Of a stretch of 64,000 nt of DNA, positions 1-13,429 are shown piece after piece; within the stretch, counting starts at the first letter, position 1; every line of letters begins with the position of its first letter. Source of the stretch: Macrostomum lignano (Eukaryota). The notes under the pieces are model-generated. The model was not told the DNA's origin. It was given only the letters and a program-made list of their open reading frames with translations, and ran no database searches. Position numbers and translations under genes: made by a program. The stretch covers positions 186,001 to 250,000 of the forward strand of contig NIVC01000270.1 in assembly GCA_002269645.1 (NCBI GenBank). The letters run 5' to 3'.

Positions 1-1700
1 GCTGATCCCCTTGCTATGCGTCGTAATTCGCCTAGCAACCAGAATTCGATAGCTATTGTATTTGCGCCCCGCCTTTCAGATCAGATTCGTCGCCGTCTAA
101 CGGCTCCGGGTTCAGTCGAACGTAGGGGCGCCGACTTTTCTATTCATAATTAATAATTGCCTGGCAAATTTTGCTGGATCTGATTGTTTTTCGAAAATTA
201 TTTTTTATACTTTTTTTCAAACCTAAAGTTATCCGGCTTGGTCCGTACACACTGTACATTTACATTGTACATAAGGCAAATAAGGCATGCGTGTAAGTCG
301 CAATTGGAAGAAAGTTGTCACGTGACTGCTGTCAGCCAAAAGCGACTTTATGTACACGTGTGTTTTTGTCAGTAAAAATGATGCGGATCTTAACACGATG
401 CTTTTTAAGAGGAAGATTGGCCTTTTGATTAAAATCATACAGACACATCAGACACACTAATAGATTGGCCACTCGCTAATTCTTCTAGCAAAATGCACTT
501 AGTCTACTTTCTTTTAGGCATACGAGTGCGCATGGCTATCTAAATTTATGTGCCACTACAGTATCTCGTTTTATTTTAAGCGAATTAGACTAAAAGGGCT
601 GTTGGAGGTGGCTTCAGCTAAGTAGAAGCATCTTATGCTTAAACAACTTGTTATCAAAGCAAGCCTAATGTACATTAGTTAGGTTCCACCAAGAGAATGT
701 ACATAGCTGCAGAAGGCAATAAAATGAGGGGCGGGGGAACGGGGGTAGAGAGTTGGCGTTCTGGAAGGGGTTGAGCTATGGCGAGAGTGGTCTATCAGTG
801 AGAGCCAATAGCAAGTCATTGAGGAAAGGCAGGATAGCAGCATGGTACACTAAGTTAGTCTTTATATATACGCTCGTAATATCGATTAGAAGTTTTTATT
901 AGACGCAAAAATTCACAAGAAAACTCCAGACGCCTAATTGAAAGTAGCTAGTTTAAGCATCAAATTTTGGAGAGTGGCATATCAAAGGGTCTGTCGATAA
1001 ATACATCAAATAAAATATTAAAAGTTAAGGAAAATAGTCAAAAATTCAAATTTTTCAAGACTTCCTTCTAGTTTCAGATTGCTATTGTAAATCGCAAAAC
1101 TCTTCTTCGCACTTCCTCTCAAACCCGTTCATACTACAATTGATTGGCAAGTGGAGTAGTGTAAATTTGATTCCGTCAATGATTCTTTTTTAAAGATCTT
1201 TTAGACATTGCCAAACCAAACTTTCAATACGAATTTGCAATTCTCAAATACCTATCCGCGTACACACTAGCATAATGTTCCTCCTAGCACAGTCTTGAAA
1301 CACTAGATGGGCCACTCGGTATCTATACAATGCATTTTTAGTCTACTTATACTTTTGGGCATATTATTGATATGTGCGAATTATTGTCGAAAGTGGCATA
1401 CTGTCGCTTTTTTGCCATAGACAAAGTCTCGCTTGATTACGCAATAAATTCCTAGTTTACAATTAAATTTATACGAGAAACCCCAGACAGATGCTCAAAT
1501 AAAAGTAGTATTCATTCACTAAAGAAGTAGCCCGTCTAGTGTTTTAGGCTATTTTGACTAGTGCATGCCTATCTAGTCTTATAAAAAATTGTCAGAAAAA
1601 GACAAGTTTAACTTGAGTTTCCTACCCTACGTAATAAAGGTCACAGAGCCCGCATGTTTGATATTAAAGCCGTTATTTTGCCCCTCTCGCCCAACTACAG

Positions 1701-3021
1701 CGCCTCCGTTCGTCGATCCTCGATGCGTGAGAAGTCTATGATGTCGCGAAAGGAGGCCAGGCAGGAGGCTCAGCTGCTGCCATTTCTGACGCCTGACGAG
1801 GATACAGCGGCGGCCGCTGCCAAGGTGGGAGCCGCGAATATTGACTGAGGATTAGGGATCTGGGGAATTGGGGAAACACTTGATAATCTGGGGAATTGGG
1901 GAAACACTTGATAATCTGGGGAATTGAGGAACCCACTTGATAATCTGGGGAATTGAGGAACCCACTGGATAATCTGGGGAATTGAGGAACTCACTTGATA
2001 ATCTGGGGAATTGAGGAACCCACTGGATAATCTGGGGAATTGAGGAACTCACTTGATAATCTGGGGAATTGAGGAACCCACTTGATAATCTGGGGAATTG
2101 AGGAACTCACTTGATAATCTGGGGAATTGAGGAACCCACTGGATAATCTGGGGAATTGAGGAACCCACTGGAGAATCTGGGGAATTGAGGAACTCACTTG
2201 ATAATCTGGGGAATTGAGGAACTCACTTGATAATCTGGGGAATTGAGGAACTCACTTGATAATCTGGGGAATTGAGGAACTCACTTGATAATCTGGGGAA
2301 TTGAGGAACTCACTTGATAATCTGGGGAATTGAAGAACTCACTTGATTATCTGGGGAATTGAGAAACCCGCTTGTTAAACAATGAGTCAGTCCCGCTTGT
2401 TAAGCAAAGAGTCCCGCTAACCCGCAGGATCCGCAGAGTGTCGCTATCGCCGCCGGCGTCACCATCGATCCGGCGACAGCGGCGGCCGCCGCCAAGCTAG
2501 AAGACGTCACCATCAGCATCCCGGTGCCGTCTTCGCCGCCGCCTCAGCAGCAGCAGCATCAACAGCCGTACAAGAATCACCAGCAGCAGCATCAGCAGCA
2601 GCAGCAGCATCAACAGCCGTACAAGACTCACCAGCAGCAGCAGCATCAGCAGCAGCACACGGCCAGTCGAGGAGGCAGCGGCAGCAGCGGACTGAAGCCG
2701 ACTCCGACTCCGCCTCCGCCCCTGTCAGCCTATCAACAGGGTGGAGCAGCCGCAGGCGCCGCCGCGCCCACGAAGCCAATCATGACTCCTTCGAGCCGGT
2801 TTCACAGCCAGCCAAACGGACACCAAAGCGGCAGCGTCTCGCCAAGTCCGAGTCTGCAGCAGCAGCAGCAGCAGAGAGGCAGAGGCGGCGGTGCTCCATC
2901 TGGCGGAGCAGATTCCGCTTCAACATCCGGCCGAATGCGATTCGCTGGCACAGCCGGAGACACAGATCTGGTGGTTGGCGAACGGCCAAAACGAAAGATG
3001 ACCTGCTGCTCGGTGCAATGA
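1701..3021 (+). CDS. Last two exons (1701..1824, 2428..3021) of an uncharacterised low-complexity poly-Q protein ending in a CaaX motif (...KRKMTCCSVQ*); 5' exons not found in the window
   Basis: Acceptor actacag|1701, donor aag|GTGGGA 1825, branch-like CTAAC plus cccgcag|2428. The phase-0 junction keeps the frame of ORFs 1654..1848 and 2524..3021. Stop TGA 3019-3021. Confidence 0.65.
1858..2372 (+). repeat. Intronic 29-bp minisatellite TTGATAATCTGGGGAATTGAGGAACTCAC, ~17 copies
   Basis: Read directly from the sequence. Confidence 0.95.
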
Positions 3022-4664
3022 AGTTTGTGACAGGGGAACAACAAGGACCACTGTAGGATATCAGGATGGTGCAAATTTTTTCGAGGCCTGTTTTCTAGAG
3101 CGGAGTTAGGAACAAAATCATTTTTTTCATCGCAAAATCAGTGATTAGATTTGATGAAATAAAAATAAAACAAAATCAAAACAAAACTTTTACTGCACAA
3201 ATATATATAATACAACAGGGTAACATTTTTGTTCAAAAAATCCGCCTACAAAAAGAATTACACAATCGTTAAGAGTAGCGTACTAATATACTACTAGTGG
3301 TCCTATCTGCATGCAGCTCGCTCTGTCATTGTTGTTGCTTGTTCTAAGAAATCGTACCGCTTGGCTTTTTAATTGCTCTAATGTTACACGAATAAATTCT
3401 GCTTGCTCGCCCCTACATTTAGCGTCTTCCGCGGGTGGCTCATCCAGATTTCTATGCGCGTGCGGTCACGGATAATGAAACCATAGAATACGCAAAATAC
3501 TCGTTCAAACTACTATTTAGTTAATAAGTAGGCTCTGACGAGTATGCACTTAGATAAAATTATTAGCCTGAATATCTGTCCATGGTTTCTGCGTCTGTGA
3601 CTTCTGCTGCTGCTGAGCATGAAACAAATATAGGACCAATGCTAGCTAATTCGATGTATTAGATATGGAAATGCATATTTTCATCTGTCTATATGTATTT
3701 GCAGATGCTGAAATATACTTATTTATCGTTTTACACACAGATATGATGTTTGTAGACTGTCTTTATTTTGACTCGCGTAAAACAAACAGAAACAGTTATG
3801 ATTATGATTTATGATTAGGATTATTATTAGTGAGAAAATATTTCACTGTCTACTGCCTCAGTAGCAAGTTAAAGAACTTGGTTATCATCTGTTATATAAT
3901 GTTGTATTCATTTTTTACCCAAAAAAGAACTTTCCGCGCACCATTTTCGCATTATACTACTTATTTTATACGCCCCGCGAGTAAAAAAACGTGTATAGAG
4001 CATTGTTTTATATTTAGCTTTGATTCTGCAACAATGTCAATTTCTTATGACCAAAATTATGTAAAGTACACAATGTTTTTTATTATTATTCAAATTATTG
4101 GTTGAATTTTTGTCATCGAATTGCAAGCCGCGCAAACGTGCAGATGCTACTTATCCTAGTAGGAAGTGGCGAATCTTTTTCCGCATAGAATTACTATATT
4201 ATTTATGATTTACTATATAGACAGCTTGTCAGATCTCAATGTGTTTGGCACCAGTGCACTGTTGTTCTTAAATTGCCTCTTTAAATTTTGTAGCTAACTG
4301 CGAAGCCTAAAAGTATGCTTTTGTTATACCTTTTACATTTTATGTAATTCCGCTATACTCCAGCCCGTCACTTGCTATTTTTTCACTTACATGTGTTTTC
4401 TGTCGGCCAACTTCACAACTCCTTTGGATTCCCAGCTGTGGGGCTTGGCAGGCGGGTGGGGCGCCCCATTTGCCCCTCATTTTATGCATATTTTATCTGT
4501 GCGACAATATACGGTTAGGTCCACACGGTGGCGCCTCAAATATTGGCGCATCATTTCAGCATTGCACTGTCATCCTTGCAGCTTTAGCTGCTCATCACAT
4601 TGGTGACGCTAATCCGGCGCCAAGCTGGTCTTGCTGCTGCCTTTCTTTCCTGCCATTTTGACAC

Positions 4665-5095
4665 CCCAGCTGCTGGGCCAGCCTACCACATCCTCAGTTG
4701 CTGGGCCAGCCTCCCACATCCTCAGTTGCCGGGCCAGCCTCCCACATCCTCAGTTGCTGGGCCAGCCTCCCACATCCTCAGTTGCTGGGCCCGCCTCCCA
4801 CATCCTCAGTTGCTGGGCCAGCCTCCCACATCCTCAGTTGCTGGGCCAGCCTCCCATATCCTCAGTTGCTGGGCCAGCCTCCCAGAGTGTCAGTTGCTAG
4901 GCCAGCCTCCCACATCCTCAGTTGCTGGGCCAGCCTCTCACATCCTCAGTTGCTGGGCCAGCCTCCCAGATCCTCAGCTGCTGGGCCAGCCTCCCAGATC
5001 CTCAGTTGCTGGGCCAGCCTCCCATATCCTCAGTTGCTGGGCCAGCCTCCCAGAGTGTCAGTTGCTGGGCCAGCCTCCCAGATCCTCAGCTGCTG
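4665..5095 (+). repeat. 28-bp minisatellite CCCACATCCTCAGTTGCTGGGCCAGCCT, ~15 copies, ~190 bp upstream of the ATG at 5287
   Basis: Read directly; explains the overlapping repetitive ORFs 4600..5265 etc. Confidence 0.95.
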
Positions 5096-5286
5096 GCTCG
5101 GTAGCTTGTCTCATTGGTCAGTTGGCATTTAGCCAATTGGAAAGAGCCTATAGAGCACGTTACACACGTGACGCTGCTAAGATAAATAGCCCAACTTTTG
5201 CGTTAAAGCAGGCAGTTGAAGAAGTCAGTATTAGTCGAACTTCTAAAAAGAGAAAGAAGCTGTAAAGAGCACTCTGAAGCAAAATT

Positions 5287-7207
5287 ATGTCTGATACTTC
5301 TAACTATTATTGCCTGTTGTTGCTTTTTCTGCTCGGCATGACTCAAGCAGCCGAAGCAGCAGCAGCAAATGCCAACGAGGCAGATGTTGTCGGCCAGCTA
5401 GACGAGTCGGAGGTCGCAACCGACCAGCGCGTCGTGGCCAGGCGCATTCAGATTTTACTGCGCCGAAAGCGCAGCAGCGGCCTCTCATTGCGCGAGCTGA
5501 ATGACACCTTCGTGCCCAGGGTGCTGGGCGAGCTGCAGTCGCAGGCGCGCCGATTCCACCTGACCACTTGCGCTGATAGCGAGCGAAACGACGGCGGCGG
5601 AGTCTGCGTTCGGTTCAGGGTTGAGTACCCAACTGCCTCTGAGTGGCGCGGTGAGCTGAACTGCTCTTTGCAAAGTGCTTGCTAGCAGACTTAAATTTCC
5701 GCTGGCAAAATTTGTACGCACACTTCAGGGTGTACATGTAGCTTGAGCACACTTCAGGGAGTACATGTAGGTTGAGCAAACTTCAGGGTGTACATGTAGG
5801 TTGAGCACACTTCAGGGTGTACATGTAGGTTGAGCACACTTCAGGGTGTACATGTAGGTTGAGCACACTTCAGGGTGTACATGTAGGTTGAGCACACTTC
5901 AGGGTGTACATGTAGGGTTGAGCACACTTCAGGGTGTACATGTAGGGTTGAGAGCACAGTTCAGGGTGTGGGATGAGAGCACAGTTAAGGGTGTGGGATG
6001 AGAGCAAGTTCAGGGTGTGAAATAAGAGCACAGTTAAGGGTGTGGGATGAGAGCAAGTTCAGGGTGTGAAATAAGAGCACAGTTAAGGGTGTGGGATGAG
6101 AGCAAGTTCAGGGTGTGAAATAAGAGCACAGTTAAGGGTGTGGGATGAGAGCAAGTTCAGGGTGTGAAATAAGAGCACAGTTAAGGGTGTGGGATGAGAG
6201 CACAGTTCAGGGTGTGGGATGAGAGCACAGTTCAGGGTGTGGGATGAGAGCACAGTTCAGGGTGTGGGATGAGAGCACAGTTCAGGGTGGTTGGTTTAGG
6301 TTAGGGCTTTTGTGTCTCCCTTCATGGTAACTTCAGTAGACTCTGAAGAGAAGACTCTGAACAAGAAGTTTTTCTAAGTGCAAGAACTCTATCAAATAGG
6401 AACTTCATGTTTATTGGTAATTTTGTTAGATTTTTAATTTCTGAATTTCGCTACCAATTGGACTGGACTAACCGCTGCCACTTTTCTCAAACAGTCCATA
6501 TCTCTTCACAAGGTATCAGATTTCCACATGGGTGCCTGCTACCTGCCCGCCTGCTCGGAATTTGCATTAAATTAGTCAGTGCCTACCTGGCACAGCCTGG
6601 CCGCCGTCAGGTGCGGGCGGAGTTGCTTCTTATTTAATTTATTCGCAATCGGCCACTCTCCAGGCAGTGGCTGCGGTTGAATATTCAAATCATGCCCATC
6701 TAATCAAGATAAATAAGTCAGCTGCACTCTTTCGAGCTAGCTGTTTCCTAGAAAGTGGTTGGTTGCTTCTCAATAAGCGCGTGTGTGCGTTCGAATGTCT
6801 TAATCATATTTCAGCGAATAATGGATGCCTTATTTATTAAAAGCATAAACTATTATCAGTTTGCAAACCTTTATATTCAATTCTGATGCGCTCCAATGGC
6901 GCTAAAATGCGCGTTTAATATGTTCACCACTAGCCAGCAGCCCCTATGCATGCAATCCACCCCGACAACAGAGCTGCGGGTGGCCGCTCTGCTGCTGCGG
7001 CCGCCGGCCAGCCAGCCGGAGCCGGGCGAACTGCGCGCCTTCGCCAACCTGGCCGAGGACCGCCTGCGCTCGGTGGAGGGCCTCGACAGCCACTTCGAAG
7101 TTACCGCCTTCTGGCGAAACGGCGCCAGCGGCGGTGGCACCGACGGCGTCACCAAAAATGGCAACGGCAACGGCGGCATCTGGCTCTTCGACTTCGGCGA
7201 TGGTGGA

Positions 7208-7240
<33 letters not shown>

Positions 7241-8220
7241 CCAAGGCTGCTCAGAGCGGCTTTACCGGCCGCAGCCGCCGCCGCAGCGGCCCTTGCCCTG
7301 GCTGGCCTGCTGGCGCGCCATCTGCGGCGCCGGCGCCGACTTCAACAACGCCGCCTTCAGCAGAGCCGTCGCCGCTGCCGACTATGGAGCGTCGAGACCG
7401 CGTCCACCTGGGTTGAAGATGGCGACTCCGGTACCGTCAGGAGCGGCGACTCCTCCGACTCCGAGGCCGAGCCGCACAGCCGCCCCATCCGCTTCCGCGG
7501 CAGCTCCAACCGGCCGTTCGTTGACGCCTCCGACGCCGCCGCCAAGTTCGCCAGCCTGGTCGGCCTGCCGCCGCTGGTCGCCCCAGCCGCCGCTACCCCC
7601 GACTTCCAGACCGTCGCGAGCCTGGAGCCCTGGTGGCCGCACGGCTTCGCCCTGGTTTCGGCGAACGCCGAGCCGACGGCTCTTCTGGCCGGACTGTGGG
7701 AGGCCAACTGCACCGTGGTGTGCAGCCTGCGGCCCGCGGCCACCGGCCTCGACGACGGCGGCGGCCAGTTCCGGCTGTGGGTCTCCGCGCCTCCTGCCAC
7801 CCGAGCCACACGCTGCGCTACCTGAGCCTGGCCAGCCTGGACTCCAACCTGATGAAGCGCCTCACCCTATGCAGCTTCACCGCCGCCTGGGACCCGGCCT
7901 CCGGCCTGCCGCTCGGCCGGGCCAACTTCGTCCGGTTCGGCGTCGCCTGCGCCGCAGCGCTGGCCGCCGCGCCCGACTCCGCCAGGGCGGCCTTCATCGG
8001 CCCCGGGCCCGGGCTGGCCGGCTCCGCCCTGCTGCCAGTCTTCCTGGCCGCTGCCGCCGAGGTTCGACGTAGCCGCAGCTGCGACCTGCTCCGGCTGATC
8101 GGCCGGCTGCGCAGGCGGTGCCCGGCTGCCGCGGCCGCCGAGCTGGGACCCCGGCAGTACGTGTTCCTGCTGGAGTGCCTGCACCTGTACGCCTACCTGC
8201 TGCGCCAGAGCGTGCTGTAG
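5287..8220 (+). CDS. Type I membrane protein with signal peptide, RRKR dibasic site, TM helix and a degenerate protein-tyrosine-phosphatase-like domain (IA-2/PTPRN-like pseudophosphatase?). Model join(5287..5650, 6972..~7790, -1 frameshift, ..8220)
   Basis: N-terminus MSDTSNYYCLLLLFLLGMTQA is signal-like. Donor g|GTGAGC 5651 and acceptor acaacag|6972 are phase-compatible. [18 protein letters not shown] is followed by RHLRRRRR. PTP-fold remnants: LWEANCTVVCSL, HTLRYLSL...FTAAWDPASGLP, DLLRLIGRLRRRCP, RQYVFLLECL. The frame changes from ORF 6896..7825 to ORF 7633..8220 near 7790. Confidence 0.55.
5718..6290 (+). repeat. Two related intronic minisatellites: 29-bp GCACACTTCAGGGTGTACATGTAGGTTGA (to ~5950), then ~25-bp GAGCACAGTTCAGGGTGTGGGATGA
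   Basis: Read directly; the two units share a GCACA..TTCAGGGTGT core. Confidence 0.9.
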
Positions 8221-8334
8221 TTGCTGTGGGCAGCTCAGCTGAATTCAATCAGCTCGACTATTCAACATCGCGTCGTATTGCATAATTGTCATTGATTTTG
8301 AGAATTATTTCAATGTCTCACAATATGAGTCAGA

Positions 8335-9078
8335 CTCTGGAGGGGAGACTGGGAGATTGGGTGAGAGGGAAAATGGGAGAGTGGTAGAGAGACTGGGAGA
8401 GTGAGAGACTGGGAGAGTGAGAGACTGGGAGAGAGACTGGGAGAGTGGGAGACTGGGAGAGTGGGAGAGTGAGAGAGAGACTGGGAGAGAGACTGGGAGA
8501 GTGAGAGACTGGGAGAGTGAGAGACTGGGAGAGTGAGAGACTGGGAGAGTGAGAGACTGGGAGACTGGGAGAGTGGGAGACTGGGAGAGTGGGAGAGTGG
8601 GAGAGTGAGAGTGGGAGACTGGGAGACTGGGAGAGTGGGAGAGTGGGAGACTGGGAGAGGGAGAGACTGGGAGAGTGGGAGAGTGGGAGAGTGGGAGAGT
8701 GGGAGAGTGAGAGTGGGAGACTGGGAGACTGGGAGAGTGGGAGAGTGGGAGAGTGAGAGTGGGAGACTGGGAGAGTGAGAGTGGGAGAGAGACTGGGAGA
8801 GAGACTGGGAGAGTGAGAGACTGGAGACTGGGAGAGTGGGAGAGTGAGAGAGAGACTGGGAGAGAGACTGGGAGAGTGAGAGATTGGGAGAGTGGGAGAC
8901 TGGGAGAGTGAGAGACTGGGAGAGTGGGAGACTGGGAGAGTGGGAGACTGGGAGACTGGGAGAGTGAGACTGGGAGACTGGGAGAGTGAGAGTGGGAGAC
9001 TGGGAGAGTCGGAGAGTGAGAGGGAGAGAGTGGGAGAGTGGGAGAGTGAGAGTGGGAGACTGGGAGACTGGGAGAGTC
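8335..9078 (+). repeat. GA-rich array built from 8-bp GGGAGACT/GGGAGAGT units
   Basis: Read directly; source of the spurious S/L/P/H ORFs. Confidence 0.95.
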
Positions 9079-9845
9079 GCACAAATTATATTCACATCAC
9101 CGCACATAAATATTTTCATGTTTTGCTCATTTTCACAGAATCTCGATGCTCCGACGCCCCATAGCAAATTACAAACGAGCTCTGCTTTAACGGAGAAAAT
9201 TATCATCATAAAAATTAGGCCACCTGAATTTTTTTGCAATATCAACATAAACAGAGAAGCGCGCGCTCTGTTGGTTAATTGTAGCAATTTATTAATTTAA
9301 ATTATAAAAAAGATTATAACATTTTTTCACGTTTTTAAAGGCCTTTGCAATCGAAATAAATAAGCGATATTCCTATGGATATAGATAGTAAAGAAAGTTA
9401 GCAAAATTTCAGTTTCACTTCTTTTTAAACAACTTTAGAAGCCGCGATGGGGTTAAAAAATAAAATTGATTCGCAAATAGCTGCACGGATTACAGAGACG
9501 GCGGGACAGAGATTACAAATAGCTCTCTCATTGGCCCCTGAGCTGCCAGCCAATCAGGAGGAAGCGGAGGAGGTGGTGGGTTGACAGCGAAGGCACAGTA
9601 AAGGCCGGTGCGATTTAAGGATTAAAAAAGTTAACGCGTGGCTACTCGCAGTAACTACATGAACATTGAGAACAGCAGGCACTGTTAGTATCGAAAAAAT
9701 TAAAGCATTTCAAAGCTAATCGAATGGGGAAATCTGTTCTATTCACCAATCTGGTTTAGCTATTGTACAGCGGCGTATGGAATTTGCGTACTTAAGCACT
9801 TGACACACTGCGGCGGTTTACTAAGTAGTAGAACTGTGTGCCCTC

Positions 9846-10500
9846 ACGCCTCTGCTCTCTCTCTCACCCTGCAGCAACTGCTCTCTCTCACCCTGCAGCC
9901 ACTGCTCTCTCTCACCCTGCAACCCCTGCTCTCTCTCACCCTGCAGCCACTGCTCTCTCACCCTGCAGCCACTGCTCTCTCTCACCCTGCAACCCCTGCT
10001 CTCTCTCACCCTGCAGCCCCTGCTCTCTCTCACCCTGCAGCCACTGCTCTCTCTCACCCTGCAGCCACTGCTCTCTCTCTCACCCTGCAGCCACTGCTCT
10101 CTCTCACCCTGCAGCCACTGCTCTCTCCCACCCTGCAGCCACTGCTCTCTCTCACCCTGCAGCCACTGCTCTCTCTCACCCTGCAGCCACTGCTCTCTCC
10201 CACCCTGCAGCCACTGCTCTCTCTCACCCTGCAGCCACTGCTCTCTCTCACCCTGCAGCCACTGCTCTCTCTCACCCTGCAGCCTCTGCTCTCTCTCACC
10301 CTGCAACCACTGCTCTCTCTCACCCTGCAGCCACTGCTCTCTCTCACCCTGCAGCCACTGCTCTCTCCCACCCTGCAGCCACTGCTCTCTCTCACCCTGC
10401 AGCCACTGCTCTCTCTCACCCTGCAGCCACTGCTCTCTCCCACCCTGCAGCCACTGTTCTCTCTCACCCTGCTGTCACAGGCTGCAACCCCTGCTGTCAC
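9846..10500 (+). repeat. 24-bp minisatellite CCACTGCTCTCTCTCACCCTGCAG, ~26 copies
   Basis: Read directly. Confidence 0.95.
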
Positions 10501-11419
10501 AGGCTGCAACCCCTGCCGCAGTCACATGCCGTCTGCCCACACTGCCGCGGAGTACATGGCGCATAGAACGCAAGCAGAATAAAGCAATCGCACAGCCATA
10601 CCAGTACAAAACAAAGATAGCTGCGCGCACTAGGAGAAAACTGAGAGCAAAAACGTGATAAGTAGAGAAGAGAAAACAAAGATTTGCTTTGCTACAACTT
10701 GTTGGCAATAAAGAAGCGACACACCACACAAGCCATAACAATTTCCTGTTTTGGCCAACCTGCAGATAAAAGCAATCAACAAATAATCGATAAAACTAAT
10801 TAATGTTCAGCAGCACACAAGAGAGATTAGAATAATAGTAAGGGGAAAACAGCAGCAAGTTAAAGCGAGAGATTGACAAAGCGAAAACAATCACTTGTAC
10901 AGATTTGTACAAGCAATAAAAATTCAGACCAATGCCCGAAATTCACAGATTTGCGCACAGCAGTAAATAAATAAGGAAAAATACTGCTTCTGCTGCTGAA
11001 ATTCAAATTCAAAACAAAATGGAGACGTACAGAATAAAAAAATTGAATACGAGTTAAAATTGCGCACTGGAAATGTTATACTACTTACTTTAAAAGCAGA
11101 GTTTTTATCGCAACATGTGCAAAGCAAAAATCTTAGTAGTATTAACGCATTTTATCATATAACTTTAAACTGCCTACTGAAACCACTGGCACTGTACATG
11201 GGAGAAAAACAAACAAAGCAGTAATGCCGCGTCTACTAGAGATCAGTTCAATGGAAGGTTTCAATTGTATGCGGGTTAATCACAGATTTTACACACAGTT
11301 CCAGGTGCTAAACAGGCATTTGTGCAATCGGGGTAATGCCCAGATAAAATATATACCCCCTTCAGGAACTAAAGCAGAAAATATAAGCGAAGTTTTGATA
11401 GCATCGACAAGAAATACAG

Positions 11420-12345
11420 AGCCACATCAAACATACAGAACTGTCTACAGCATCATACTGAACTGTCTACAGCATCATACAGAACTGTCTACAGCATCAT
11501 ACTGAACTGTCTACAGTAGCATACAGAACTGTCTACAGTAGCATACAGAACTGTCTACAGTAGCATACAGAACTGTCTACAGTATCATACAGAACTGTCT
11601 ACAGTAGCATACAGAACTGTCTACAGTATCATACAGAACTGTCTACAGTATCATACAGAACTGTCTACAGTAGCATACAGAACTGTCTACAGTATCATAC
11701 AGAACTGTCTACAGTATCATACAGAACTGTCTACAGCAGCATACAGAACTGTCTACAGTATCATACAGAACTGTCTACAGTATCATACAGAACTGTCTAC
11801 AGCAGCATACAGAACTGTCTACAGTATCATACAGAACTGTCTACAGTATCATACAGAACTGTCTACAGCAGCATACAGAACTGTCTACAGTATCATACAG
11901 AACTGTCTACAGTATCATACAGAACTGTCTACAGTATCATACAGAACTGTCTACAGTATCATACAGAACTGTCTACAGTAGCATACAGAACTGTCTACAG
12001 TATCATACAGAACTGTCTACAGTAGCATACAGAACTGTCTACAGTAGCATACAGAACTGTCTACAGTAGCATACAGAACTGTCTACAGCAGCATACAGAA
12101 CTATCTACAGTAGCATACAGAACTGTCTACAGTATCATACAGAACTGTCTACAGTATCACACAGAACTGTCTACAGTATCATACAGAACTGTCTACAGTA
12201 TCATACAGAACTGTCTACAGCATCATACAGAACTGTCTACAGTATCATACAGAACTGTCTACAGCAGCATACAGAACTGTCTACAGTATCATACAGAACT
12301 GTCTACAGCAGCATACAGAACTGTCTACAGCATCACACAGAACAA
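11420..12345 (+). repeat. 22-bp minisatellite CATACAGAACTGTCTACAGTAT, ~40 copies, downstream of the CTDSPL2-like stop codon
   Basis: Read directly. Confidence 0.95.
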
Positions 12346-12566
12346 TTTACAGGACATTCTACAACGTCATTCAAAGAACAAAGACTCACTATAGCTAAGC
12401 AAATGAGGCTCGCTAACAAAAATTGGTGTCAGTAAATATGATATTAGTGCATTAATAATGGATAATTGAAACTAGCTGCAATAACCTGGCAACAGCTAAA
12501 TAATGATAATGAGAAATTACACAAATTAAACTAAAAGCCTATATAAAAACTCGCCAGCACGGGGGG

Positions 12567-13024
12567 TCACCACAGCTCCAGCGGTTGCAGGGCCGGGGCG
12601 GCCGATACCCGCTCGTGTAGGCGAAACTTCTGGCTGATCACAGTGCGCACGTCTGTGTCCTGCGCGGGCCAGGATAGGGGAAATACGCTTGTTAGGTTAG
12701 CTATATGCCGATATGTTTTGTAGTTTAACATCTACTAACAACCCACCTGACTAGCAATCAACTCCAGGAAGGGTAGCAACTTGAAGAGCTCCCGATCCTC
12801 GGAGTCTGTGTACCACGACGAGATGGGGATGCCGTTGCTGAGCTGATAAGCGAACGCCTGAGGCGAATTGTCCACGATCACTGTGGCGGACATGTCCCGG
12901 TCCAGGATGCTCAGGTCTTTGATGTAGTTGCCCTGGACTGACACGCAGTGCTCGCGGAATAGCCGGTGCCTGCGGCGCGAGATTGGCGATGAAGGGACTG
13001 AGTGAGGGCCTGAGACAGACAGTC

Positions 13025-13057
<33 letters not shown>

Positions 13058-13240
13058 GGCACTAAGACAGACAGGCAGACAGACAGACAGGCACTAAGAC
13101 AGATAGACAGACACTAAGACAGACAGACAGTCAGACAGACACTAAGACAGACAGACAGACAGACAGACTGACAGACAGGCACTAAGACAGACAGGCAGAC
13201 AGACAGACAGACAGGCACTAAGACAGACAGACAGACACTA

Positions 13241-13289
<49 letters not shown>

Positions 13290-13396
13290 CTAAGACAGGT
13301 AGACAGACAGACAGACAGGCAGGCAGACAGACAGACAGGCAGGCAGGCAGACAGACAGACAGACACGCAGACAGACAGACAGACAGGCAGGCAGGC

Positions 13397-13429
<33 letters not shown>

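Noticed and set aside
466-1520. Degenerate direct repeats (ggccactcg...ttagtctactt at ~466 and ~1310) and a ~210-bp duplication at 31633-31977
   Set aside because: Too diverged, with no termini or coding signal, so they cannot be assigned to an element.
8305-9300. Long S/L/P/H- and W/E/S/G-rich ORFs
   Set aside because: Translations of the 8-bp GA repeat; open on both strands only because the unit lacks stops.
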